Origin: Camelus ferus
Taxonomy: Eukaryota
Length of the DNA stretch: 64,000 bases
Reading direction: 5' to 3'
NCBI RefSeq assembly: GCF_009834535.1
Contig: NC_045697.1
Location: 16,680,001-16,744,000 of the forward strand
Position numbers and translations under genes: made by a program. The notes below the pieces were generated by a model, which was not told the DNA's origin, did not search any database, and saw nothing but the letters and a program-made list of their open reading frames with translations. Position 1 is the first letter of the stretch; every line of letters begins with the position of its first letter. Below, in pieces: positions 39,427-51,707 of the stretch.

Positions 39427-41989
39427 CTAAAGGGAAAAAAAGGAAACTAATTATGAGATATTGAGTGTTTCTCAGATTTGTTTTCTTTCTACAACAGTCA
39501 TGGTGGAAACTGGAAACTGGAAAACTAAAATAAGGAAATCCCTGAATATTGGATCAAAGTCAGACAACAGTCCATTATGCTAAAACAAATTTCAAACAAC
39601 ATTTGCATTGGTAAACTATCATTTGAAAACACAGACGAAAACAGAATTTTCCCCCAAATGTAGCATCCCTGTTAAGGATACAAAATTTGCATCAGATCAT
39701 CAGAGAGAAATAATGTTTTCTGTTTTAATTTGGAATAGAGTACACGGTTTGTTTAGACAAGAAAACAGCAGAGTAACTACAAGACGACAGAACGTTATGA
39801 ATATTCAGTTGATTTTTCTCTTAAAATGTATAATTTGATGTCTAGCCCTGAGAATCAGTTATTTCTGTGAGGCCAAAGCTCACTCAGTAACCATTCTATT
39901 CACTGAAAATTAATTGAGAGATTATGGCAAATTGCGGACACTGACCCACACCGTTTAAAAGGGGTTCAGATTCCCAAGTCCAATAGACAGCTCGAGATGC
40001 TGTTTATCAGCTGAGAGACCTACAAACTTGCAGAGGGAGCACATCTACTTTCTTTTATGCTTCCTAAATCTTACCTCCAACAGGAGGCATTTCCCAATTA
40101 TGAAGGGTGGAGTAAGAATCTTCTTCTCACTCCAAAATTTCAATTGCTTCTCCTTGGCAGTCTTGTATTTTGAACAGAAGGAGGGGAAAACATGATGAGA
40201 AACGTACTTGGGATATACATCCACATACTATGTGTATATATATATATATATATATACATATGCTTATCTACAAAGACATATTTATAATGTGTGTAGGTTT
40301 TGTCAATTTTTTTCTCATTAAAATAACTACTTTCAAAAAGTCAAGAGGTAGTCGTTTACATAATGAAAATCACAGACTTGAAACCAAAAAGGTCTTTAGA
40401 ATAAACTCTCTTATTTTATGGATGAAAAACCTGAGACCTAAGATGCTAACTGATATTTCCAAGGCCATAAAACTAGCTACCGGCAGAGTCGGGCCCAGAA
40501 TATGTTTTCTTTCTCCTATTATCAAAAGGAATTGCATTCAGTAGATACTACAGCAAATTAATCAACCTGAGTAATTAAGGTCCTTTGAAATGTGAAAATA
40601 TTATTTATGTCCAAATTAGGTTGGAATTAGGTACTTTACTCCGATAAATAGTATTTACATATTTAATTTGTAGATTTAGATTTAGTTTTTAAACAATTGA
40701 ATGGTTTATCATCCAGAAATATGAAACTCATGCTGTCTTGTACAAATGAGGTACATTGATTGATTGGCTTTTTCATAAATACAGATAAATGAACTGGTTT
40801 GACATTAATTTTGTAGTATTTCTGGTATAATGAGCTTTTCAAAAAGAACACACTTCACACTTATGAAGGAACTTTACCAACTTTTATGGTACCCAACTAA
40901 TAATTAAAATAGTGCATACAGGTGCAATAGAAAATATCACAGATATAAATTATGTGCTCTGTCATCCAATAACGTACACTGAAAATCAGTCACTGAAATT
41001 CCAGGTTGCAAGCAGAGGGTAGAACGCTTAAAGGAAGATTCCAGAAGTTCTGATAGTTGGGTACAAGGGAGGCCCATGGCAATAGAAGGAGAGGAACAGG
41101 CAGGGGTCAGATTTAATGGGACAAAATACCAACAGGAAAACAGAAAATGGGGGCCACAAGAAAGATACAGCTTCAAAAGCCCATGCTCACAAAAACTACC
41201 ATTAGAGGAGCACTGATGTGGTTTACTCCATGCTATTCCAGCGACTAGTGGACCAGAGACGCTAAGATCCTTGCGGACAGAGATGTATCTTTTTCATGAA
41301 GATCGTGGTATTTTGATGAACGAATATATTAGCAAGCGAATGATAAATGAATAAATGGGACACCCACTATCACCAAAGTCCAGACCATTACCCTAGGGAG
41401 TTGAAAAGAACTTGTCCCCACAGTGTTACAGAGAGCACACATGAATTTTTCACAGTGTGAAAAAATTACAATACATTAAGTAAGACAACCTCAGTAAATC
41501 CTCACAGTTATGGTCTCTAATTGTTCACATATTTTTGGCATTAAAATTGAATAATCATTTAAATAATCCCTGAAACTCAGCATTTATTTCCTGTTAGTTA
41601 TTGACAGTCAGCCATGTTTACATGTTTATTCTTTTTTAGACATTCAGGAACTACAAGAATTTTTTTTCTTGTCAACAAGGTTTGTTCTTTTCTGGGATAG
41701 CTTCTGATGCCTCACCACAGACAACATACCTTAAAAAAAAAAAAAAAACCTACATACAGCAGGGCTCATCTAAAGAATATGTCCTTCACAGGCTAACTTA
41801 ATTCCTCACTGCCATGGTTTGTAACACTGTACAGTAATATTCAGTGACACGTGGATTTACAAAATTAAAAACCCCTCAAAATCCAAAAGGACCAACTAAA
41901 ATTGGAAGAAAAAAAAAATCTTTAAAACGTGCTGCTGGGCTGGGTTCACTGACTACAGGGTTTCAACAAGTTTGGGGCTTTTAGCTCCA

Positions 41990-42230
41990 GAAAATGAGCT
42001 CATGACTAGGGCGAGGCGGAGGGCAGCCAGCGAGCTCTACAGTTCTCTGTCTCAGTCCTGCGGCTCCGCTGGGTCTGCGCTAAGAAAACTGCTCCAGCGC
42101 ATGCGTCTGAGAGGCCAATCAGGGCGAAGCAAACGGAGAGAATCTGGCCCATTTCGATAAATACATTTCCTTGAACTGGCAGAAAAGGGTGGACGGTGAT
42201 ATCCACTGGGGAAAACCTAATCGAGACCTA
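41990..42230. promoter_or_regulatory. Candidate intronic promoter/enhancer (CpG-enriched, NRF1-like, CCAAT)
   Basis: About a dozen CpGs in ~220 bp; GCGCATGCGT 42097-42106; CCAAT 42115-42119; GATAAATA ~42156. Confidence 0.45.
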
Positions 42231-42347
42231 ATTAAAAATATTAAAAGAATATGAAAATCCCAGGCCTATGGTGAGGTAGGGATGAGAGAGGGAAAATCAA
42301 AACCCTGGGAAAGAAAAGACGTATTAAAAGCAGCGGCAACAGCATAC

Positions 42348-42398
42348 CTGCACGAAATAATCATGGTTCAAAACAGGGATCAGGGGCTACCACTGCAG
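42348..42398 (-). other. PPARGC1A: Candidate 51-nt cassette exon with in-frame stop (intron 5)
   Basis: ~50-nt polypyrimidine tract then ttccag|CTGCAG...GTGCAG|gtatgc. No expression data. Confidence 0.4.
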
Positions 42399-43334
42399 CT
42401 GGAAGGGGAATTGGGGAAACAAAAAAGGAAAAAAAAAAAAAAAAAAAAGAGGTGGATGTTTACAATTGCTATTTTAGAATATGTTTATTTCCACTACAAA
42501 GTTAGAGGTAGAGATAAGGTGGAAGTTAAATATTTTAAAAGCAACAGCGACTTTCAACAAGCTCTCTTCGGGCCTCTATGACCGGAATATTTCAGATGCC
42601 AAAAGAAAAAAAAAAAAAAAGAAATTTTCATTTTTGCCAGGAGAGGTTTTCCCCATATCACCCTGATCTGCCTCTGAAGCATCAACCTTCTAGTAATGTA
42701 TGGGGGCAATAAAATCAACCCAGATGTTTAGTGTAATATAAGCAATACTTTTTTAAAAAATAGAAAGCAGTTTTTTTAAATAGCCAGCAATTTCCAAATC
42801 CTTACTTACAAAGTAAAACTTGTGAGTATACCATTTGGTCTAAAAAAAGAAGAATGCACATAATAATTGGGAAGGGTTGCATAAATACTATTTACTATTT
42901 CTTAAGGGATATACAGCAAATCTACTGTGCCTCGTTTTTTTTTCCTCATTAGTGGGAGGGAAAAAAATAAAGCTCTTTCATGAACTGGCTAGACCAGCTT
43001 GTTCAAAACTTCAGTTATATCAGCAATTCAAAGATTCGTTTCCATCACATCTGATGTGTCAGTTCCATCCTCCCCACCTCACTCCCGACCCGGCTAAAAC
43101 AGTTCAGGTGCCTTTTGGTGATGGTGAATTAGGCTGCACATCAGCTGAATAGGATCTGTTCAAGTTGTGCCTCAGAAAGGATATTTTTTACCCCCAGCTA
43201 AATAAAGTGCTGAATTCTCTTTTAAGAGAGACACGGATGGAACAGAAGCCCAAAGTTCCCGTGCTCAGCCCCGCGCATGCTCACTTTGCCGTCAGCGCCC
43301 TCGCCGGCAGCGTGCGTTTTGGTCCCCAGCCTAC

Positions 43335-43539
43335 CTTGTAAGTGGTGAGACTGCGCTTGTGTGTGGGCCTTCTTTCTGGAGGTGCATTTGTCTCTGCTGC
43401 TGTTCCTGGTCTCTGTGGGTTTGGTGTGAGGAGGGTCATCATTTGTGGTCAGATACTTGAGAAGCTCCGAGCAGGGACGTCTTTGTGGCTTTTGCTGTTG
43501 ACAAATGCTCTTCGCTTTATTGCTCCATGAATTCTCGGT
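43335..43539 (-). CDS. PPARGC1A: PGC-1alpha exon 5 (205 nt; TENSWSNK...LLKYL...HHLQ)
   Basis: Boundaries ttttaag|ACCGAG ... TTACAAG|gtaggc; inside ORF 43222..43725. Confidence 0.97.
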
Positions 43540-44416
43540 CTTAAAAACAAGGCATAAAGAAAAGCTAAAATTAGTGAACTGAACCTTATCAGAATGGATA
43601 TAGGTTTTCTGAAGAGATGAGATTTTCAATGAAGTGTTCAGTCTAAGTGTACTAGATCTATGAGCTGTGAATAATTGTTTGCAGAACAAGGAAAGAAAAT
43701 TACATTTAAAATTCCTAAATGACATTTATGCAGCTTTTTATTTCATTTCTCCTACATTTCAATGTTCCTACTCAGCAACATGTAACTAACAAGACCCTAC
43801 AGCGCCTTTACTGTGAATAAAAAAAAGAAGAAGAAGAAGAAGCCGGTTTAAACCTTAATTTGCCACTGATTGCCAGAGCCCAGTATTCACAATTCTCTTA
43901 AGTACCCCTTAACGCTGCGTTTTCACTCACAGTGAATGGCAAGACAAACATTGTTTAATACAGCCCGCTAACCGAATTATGTCATTGCCAGCATTCCATC
44001 CAATTAATGGCAGAGATAGATCTTTTGCAGTGATTCCAGAGCAATCTTTCTCAGGTTAGACAGCTGGCAAAATGGCAATGCTGCATCTTAAAGTCACTCA
44101 TAGATGATACCAGCCTATCAGCAAATTTTACTGTAGCCCACACTGCTGCATGTATTAATAAAGTAGGCAGAACGTAACAGACAGTGAAACTCGCATTTCA
44201 GTGGTCCAAAGACAAAGCCGAGACGAACTCTTCCTAGCTTTAAATAGCTGGAGTACCGCTTTGGAAACCCATTTCATAATCTGTTTCACTGTTAGGAAGC
44301 CCCTGCAGGATCCCAGCTGAATTAATATATAGAAACCTATTGTTTGTTTCATAGCTTTAAGCAAAAACTCCTTGTTACTTCCCCTCCTGTATGAAAAAGA
44401 AATGTTACATCTGTAC

Positions 44417-44539
44417 CTTAACAACTGCAGGGTTTGTTCTGATCCTGTGATTATGGTTTGCATGGTTCTGGGTACTGAGACCACTGCACTCATTATAACT
44501 TAGCTGAGTGTTGGCTGGTGCCAGTAAGAGCTTCTTAAG
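44417..44539 (-). CDS. PPARGC1A: PGC-1alpha exon 4 (123 nt; LKKLLLAP...IRTNPAVVK, LxxLL motif)
   Basis: Boundaries tctag|CTTAAGAAGCTC ... GTTAAG|gtacag; translated by hand. Confidence 0.97.
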
Positions 44540-44714
44540 CTAGAAACACATCAGGGAAGAAGAAAAGCAAAAGAAGTTATGCATCTTTTAAGCAACGGAA
44601 TAAGGTATTGAAATTTTAAGCTTAAAATTAATTAATTCTCATTACAAAAATGAATTCAATCACTCTAATTATAGCACATCTTAACACAATAGCACTAAAG
44701 GAAATTTATTTTTT

Positions 44715-44827
44715 ATTATTAGTTCTTTGGTTTTTTGATTTTTTTAAATGGACGTACTGGGGATTGAGCCCAGGACTTCTTGCGTGCTGGTCATGCGCTC
44801 TACCATTTGAGCTATACCCTCCCTCTC
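44715..44827 (-). mobile_element. tRNA-derived SINE (vic-1-like)
   Basis: Reverse complement gagggagggtatagctcaaatggtagagcgc...gggctcaatccccagtac; TSD aggaaatttatttttt (44699-44714) / aggaaacttatttttt (44828-44843). Confidence 0.85.
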
Positions 44828-46516
44828 AGGAAACTTATTTTTTAAAAGTAAGAAAAAGTTTGGCATGACACTGCCAGCTGTGAAAGTGTTACCTTTTCCT
44901 ACGCTGGAGACTTAGTAGTGTCTACTTAATTTTTTTTTTCTTTTAGATAAAATAAGGCAAAAGGATCTTTCTAAAAAGATTTCCAAATATCTACAAAGTA
45001 AGAAAAGGGGTTTTGCTAAATGAGGACTTGGGAGTGGGGAGGGAGTATGTGTACATTATCCTCTCAACAACCTAAATGAATCAAGTGACAATAAATGAAA
45101 AATTCTGTGATTCTTTGAATCGTATTTCACAATCAAGTGTTAAACACTACTGATTCAAAGAATATTTGGGATAAAAGAGTGACTGTCACTGAAAAGCATT
45201 TTTAAGTAGATAGAATCCTGGCCTGTGGATCAGGAGATGTGGGTTCTGACTCAGGCAAAGCATTTACTCTGTCTTGACCTCTGTCTCTTCTTTTGACCTG
45301 ATGGCCTTCCCGGATCTCCCTGCTGGGACACGCAGTATGACTTTGAGTCAACAACCCCTCTGAGTTGAAACAACAGTGTGGATGAAAACCATTGGGTATC
45401 AATGTAAAGACATCAGAATACCTGCCAGCAAAGCCAATGACACTGACACATGGACAAATCGGGAAATACGGATGTTACAGCTGCTTATGAGATAGTCTCG
45501 TCTAGGCCAAGCAATCTCAAAATGCAAAGGAATACAAGTAAGCCTCCATAGGTTTACGTGAAATGCTTGTTAACATTTAAAGACTTAGAGATGAGAGAGA
45601 AATAACATCTAACTGGCAGGCCAGAGAGCATTATTAAAGTTCTCAGGATGGCATCTCATAATTTACATTGTGTGCTCTTACATCAGATTTATAGCAAATG
45701 ACAAATAGCTACCATAGCTGAGAAGGTAAACTGTGTCTTAGAACTAATAAAATCCCGATCAAGCACTGCATTGAAAAGAAAATTCACTCTTCATTGCCAA
45801 CGAATCCACTCTTCATTGCCTACCATAAATTTAGGTAACTTAGGTTGCAAATGTGCTATTATTTTTCAATCTTCCTAAGAATTATGGATCCAAAGCCTTA
45901 AAATATTGCATACTCTTTGATCTACCTTCTATTTCTAAAATAATATGCATGAGAATAAAACTATAAGTATGTCAATTATTATACAATTTATGATTGTGAA
46001 AAATAGAAAAAAAAAAGACTAAATACCCAACCATAAAAGATTGCTTAATAAATTAGCTCATCTCCAAACAATAAAATACCATGCGGCCATTAAAAATTAT
46101 GCAAACATTTAAAATTCACAAACACATGTTCATGATCTATTTTAAAACAAGAGGGCATTTCCATCACTTTTGATATTAGAGGTTATTTGAAATTACAGGT
46201 GAATTTTTCATCTATTCTTTTTCATTGTATACATTTTCTAAGTTCCTAACCATGAAAATGAGTAATACTCAGATGTAAAAATACACATTAACAGCAGAAG
46301 ATAGTTTTAAAAAACTGCAGTGAGACCACATGAAGACTGTATTATCAAGATTTTTAAACACAGAATCACAGAATTTGCAATGCTGAGTGTGCTTGGGGAT
46401 TGTTTTGGCATCAGTCTAAACGAAAAATCTGAACCTTATTGTTACTACATCATACCCATGCAGCGGGTAGCCAGAGGCAACTCCAATTCCTGCTAAACAG
46501 TAGGAAGGGTTCTTAC

Positions 46517-46711
46517 TAGGGACGGCTCTTCTGCCTCCTGAGGCGGAGGGGTGTCGTCAGGCATGGAGGAAGGACTAGCCTCATTCTCGGTGGTCACATC
46601 TCCATCTGTCAGTGCATCAAATGAGGGCAATCCGTCTTCATCCACAGGGAGACTGTCCAGTGTCTCTGTGAGGACTGCTAGCAAGTTTGCCTCATTCTCT
46701 TCATCTATCTT
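46517..46711 (-). CDS. PPARGC1A: PGC-1alpha exon 3 (195 nt; activation domain, KIDEENEANLLAVL...EEPSL)
   Basis: Boundaries tttgcag|AAGATAGAT ... CCCTA|gtaaga; overlaps ORF 46493..46717. Contains Met128 (ATG at 46564-46562). Confidence 0.97.
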
Positions 46712-49700
46712 CTGCAAAAACAGAAAAACCGAAGAAGTTATGAGTGAGTTGACGTGGGCAGATGAGTAATACTATTAATCAGCAGCGACTGAACATGTTT
46801 AACCAAATGAGTAAGCTATACATGAAATTTGGAACGCCCCCACCAGAACACAGAAAAGCATGTCTTCTTCAAATTCCAAATTTACTTCTGGTCTGAATCA
46901 CACAATTAATTAATACCTCATCTCTTCCAGTCTCTGATGGTTGAGCTGTCCCATTTAGCCATTTATCGTGTCAGTGTTAATAGTGCTAAATATGACCCTG
47001 TCTTGTTCATAGTCGTCTTCCACACATTTATGTCTTGTTTCCCTAACTCAAAGAGAAGATTTAAAGAATCTCAGGGCTTGAGAGAATTTTAACCATCATC
47101 TACTGCATCTTCAGATACAGTGTTTCAACCTCTCGTACCGCATGCCCACCGAAATGTTTAGATAACCCTCTGTTTTAACACCACCAGAAACTGAAACTAA
47201 ACTGAGAGAAACTATACACTTTCATGGTTTCAATTATAATCTCATCACTGAACACTTTGCAGTCATTTATTTCTATCCTGACATCTCTCCCAACTTCAGT
47301 CATAAATCTCTAACTGCCTACTGTATGTTTCTACCTGCTAATAGCTCCTTATCTCAAAATCCAAACTTAGGAAATTTCATGAAAAAAAACCTGCTATTTC
47401 TCTTGATTTTCTGGGTTTGGATAACAATTCTTCATACCCTAAACTCTGGAACTACCTTGAGTCCTCTTTACCTGGTCGGTTACTAAGTGGAGTCTTACTT
47501 TGTAACACCTCTTACATGCATTCATTTATGGTGACCAGGGCTACTTTCTTGGGGTTGCCATTACTTCTAACGGGGGCTCTTGCAAACATGGTTGAACTCA
47601 TTTTCCCCCCTCCCATGCTCATTCCCACCAACACATCCTCAGAAAGCTCATCTTCAGTTATTCATTCCACAAACGTTTTTGAACACCTGCTCTATGTCAG
47701 GGCCATGCTAGATGCTGGAGATACAAAGAGAAACAAGACAAAATTCTGCCCCTCTGAGAGCCCTCCAAGGGAAGGGAAGAACCTGTAAACAATTTATGAT
47801 AGAAAAGAATATTTATCTGTACTCTGTAAAAAAAAAAAAAAAAAATGCTTTCAGGATCTTCCAGACTGGAGCTTTTACATCTTGTCTGTAGGGCAGTGTG
47901 CTATATTCTTATGCACCTGAGCAACCAATGCCAATGTGGGCACACAGTGTAGACAGTCATTAATTACTTGCCAAAGAATCCATTGATCTGTATTTTTTTG
48001 CCTAAAATATACATTGTATAGATTACTCTCTTTTCCTTCTTTCAGCACTTCACATTGTTTGTCCAGTCTGACCTGTTTCATAAGTCTTTTTTTTTTACGT
48101 TCGGTATGCTATGACATGAAGAATATCAGCTAAATTATCCCACACAGATTCTATTACAAAATGCACGTAAGCTGCTGACATCTAATGAAGCCAGCAGTGC
48201 CCACACTTCCTTTCTCTCTAGCACTGAACTCCTGCTAATTGACCTGACAAAATTACAAGCATCAAAGTGTAAGACAGCTAATCAGAAAATCAAATTGTAT
48301 TGCTAGAGAAATTAGGCAGGCCTTTATCACGTATACATTCTATTTTCACAAAAAAATTGTTTTCCCTCATTACTGATGAGTCTCCCTCCAGGAGTAAAAC
48401 TAAGAACTTCTTTCTTGTTGGGATTCAAGAAGCCAGGAAGGGCCATTTGTACTCATGGTAGACTTCATTTTTATTTTATACCTATTTTTATAAATATATT
48501 TATATTTATTTTTAACATTTGTTTCCACCCTCCTAATGCCCCTGGACTTGACATTGTGAGTCAAGTGGTTTTGGGCACACATGGTGGAGAAACAGTTCTA
48601 TGAGGTTTTAGACTCTAGGGAGGCCAACCCTAATTGGTAGGGGTGAAATGTTAACTTCAAAATGGCACCACTTCCTGCCATAACTGACCAGTTCTTTAAA
48701 ATCCAAATTGCTCAATTCAATAATGAGGCTTTATTGAGCATCCCCTCTCCCCTTCAAGTGTTCTGGACCCTGTCCGTGTGACCTTGATAATAAGGAAACT
48801 GAAATTTACCCTTATTTGCTGCAGAGGATCATAATCTGGTATCCAAAGATTCCAATCTCTCCCTTTTTATTTTAACTTAGAATGCCCCACATACCAACAA
48901 CCAAATTCAGGCTATTAAAGTGTTCTGAATAAAAGTTACATTTATGTGAAGTATATATTATTTCAAATCATCTCAAAATCATGAGATTTACATTAATATA
49001 AATATCTCCATATTATTACCAGATAAAAATAATCTGAAAATGTCTCAAGTGCACCACGCATGCACACATACAAGCACATGCTTTCAGTAAATTGGATGTT
49101 TCTCCAGGCATCGCAGTTTTCAAAAGCCTTATTTCACCGAAGTTCAAAAATAGCTCAAGAAGAAAATAGTTAAGAATGTTTACCAATAAATGAGTAATTT
49201 TGTTTACTCCGATTTAAATTTTGTGTTTGGCTTCCCAGCACTACTACAAGCTTCTGTTTGCTTTCAATCACATAATACAATAGCGCCTTAGTTCTATCCC
49301 TTGTGTAAACAAACTACCATAATTCCAATCAAGTCGAAGTGACAAAGAACACTTAAATGAACTAGTTTTCTCCAATTTCTTTAATAAGCCTGGGTGAATG
49401 TACACCAAATACAATGGCAGAAATATTGGAGCTTGATAATGTCATAATTAATTTACAAGACCCGATTAAACCACCAACCATTTAAATTCTCCTCTCAACT
49501 GGAACCACAATGGGAGGGGAGGGCTTGTGGGATGGAAGACGCATTGTGTGTATGGGGGTGGGGGGGTGGGAGGTATGTGGGGAGGGCAGGCTGGTATTAA
49601 ATCAGTATGAAACAGTGGGACGCTAATCATTATTTTCAGTCAATGTCCATCAGAAATAATTATTAAACCTTTTCATTATCATCTTTGTATGTATAAAGAC

Positions 49701-51550
49701 ATCTTTGTATACATACTCAGAGAGGTTCTCCAAGACCATTTGTTTTAATAAAGTTGTTCTTAAAGTGAGGAAGAAAAGAATGTCTCTCATTTCACCTTCT
49801 CTGTTTTCTTTAATCATAGAAGACTGGGGGAAAAGTTTGATATTTACTGATGACACTTTTGTCTTGTTGCTCAGCAGATATTCCCACATGTAAAGCTGAG
49901 TGGACATTGTCCCTCATTCTGGCCATTTCAACGAATTTGTCATGAGTTTCAACAATCCCACACCCCAGAGAAGGCAACACGTGTGACAAAAAGAACACTG
50001 TTAAACAATTAATGTCACTTCCCATTATTGCTTGGGTCCCAATTTACAGAGCAAATACATCAAAGTCGCTGCAAATGAAGCACACTGGCCTGCTAACACG
50101 TGTCTGTCCACAGGTGATGGGTAGGGAAACACATTAGTCAGGAGAGTGACACTGCAAGATACCCTTCCAAAGGCTGAGCTCTGATACCGCTTTCTGGTTG
50201 TTCAAAATGACTGCTTTTTATAAAAATATACTTAAGAGCTCCATGCAAGTTAAGAAGGGAAAAGCAGAGAGGTGAAAAAGAGAGGGCCGATCACCAACCG
50301 GGAAGGATCTACAGTTACACCAGCATCTCCTCCTGGCAGCCGGGGGCTGAGAGGCAGAGGAAAGGTAGGAGGCAGGCCCTCGGGCATTTCCACCCTGAGC
50401 TCTGCGGCTCTTAAGCAGCGTCTCCCAGGGTGGGTTTCAACCCTGGCCTCCCCTTACACAAAGGAGCTATTCTTCCCACCTAAACAAAGGTCTGGTGACT
50501 GTCACACTTCACTCCTAAGGGCTCTCCAGGAATAAAGAAGGCACATCTACAAAAACTCGCTCGAGGTGCAAAGAATTACCAGTGACAGATGATACACACA
50601 CATGTATACTAACAACCCACAATTCAGAATGTGCAGCACATCCGAGGCATGTCATATCATTAACAAATGATCGTTCAGAACGATGGTAAAACCGGAAGAT
50701 TCATTACTGCTCTCGGGGACTGTGGGGTGCCTGTGTGAACGGCACTAGGTGTGATGCAGCCCAAAAGGGACAGCTGGAGGGGCAGAATCTGCCCCTTCAT
50801 GTGCCCCCAAGTCACACCAAGATTGAAATTCGGGATCCGGGATATAATATCTGGGCCTCGTTCCTTTGTGAGTGGTTGGCAAAAGATCCTCCAACCGGTT
50901 ACACATGGTGGGTGGACAATGCATCGAACTCACCCAACTGCACAGAGTGAATAAATCCACTAAATTAAGGAAGAGATGAGGGACTCTGAGCTATTGACAC
51001 CTGAAGGGAGAAACACAGAGTGAAAACTGCATGATGCTGCCCAAAGATTCTTCAGTGCAGGCTGTTATGGAAGGACCATGCCTTGCTTATGAGAGTAATT
51101 TTTTCCACATCTCGTAGAATTGCAATTAGACCTTGCATCCCCAGATTCTCACACTCGCTTGATCTCTGTTTGATAAAAATAGTTTAATAGCCATTTAATC
51201 ACAGCTTCATTATCTTAGCTCTCTTAATGCGAATTAGGCCAGGAGAATTCTTACTTCCTCATTATTCAAATTGTCAATAAGAAGGAAACAGTGGGGTCTT
51301 CTTATCATTCATTAATCAGTTTCAGTACCTTAGGTACTGTTTACTCAGAGATCAGCCTGTGCGAGAGGTCACTTAGCCTCTCTCAGCCTGTATGTTTCAC
51401 TATGTAAAGTTTTGGATTATTATCTGTGGAATTCCTGTGACAGAATTTTTCTACACTTGTAATAGGAAGAAAAGAAAGAGTTAATGACAGCCTGAGAATT
51501 CTTGAAGAAGGTGCTCAATAAACATCTCCGGTGTATATGCCCATCATCTT

Positions 51551-51707
51551 TTAAAACTTTTTTTAATTTTATTTATTTGGGCAGTGGGGGAGGAGATAAT
51601 TAGGTTCATTTATTTATTTATTATTTTTGACCGAGGTACTGGGAACTGAACCAGGCCCGTGTGCATGCTAAGCACATGCTCCATCACCGAGCTATAGCTT
51701 CCTCCCC
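51551..51707 (-). mobile_element. tRNA-derived SINE (vic-1-like)
   Basis: Same family head and aataaataaa tail; TSD atgcccatcatctt (51537-51550) / atgcccgtcatctt (51708-51721). Confidence 0.85.

Noticed and set aside
45785..45820. 14-bp direct repeat cactcttcattgcc with an 8-bp gap
   Set aside because: Only two copies; ordinary slippage duplication, not an array.
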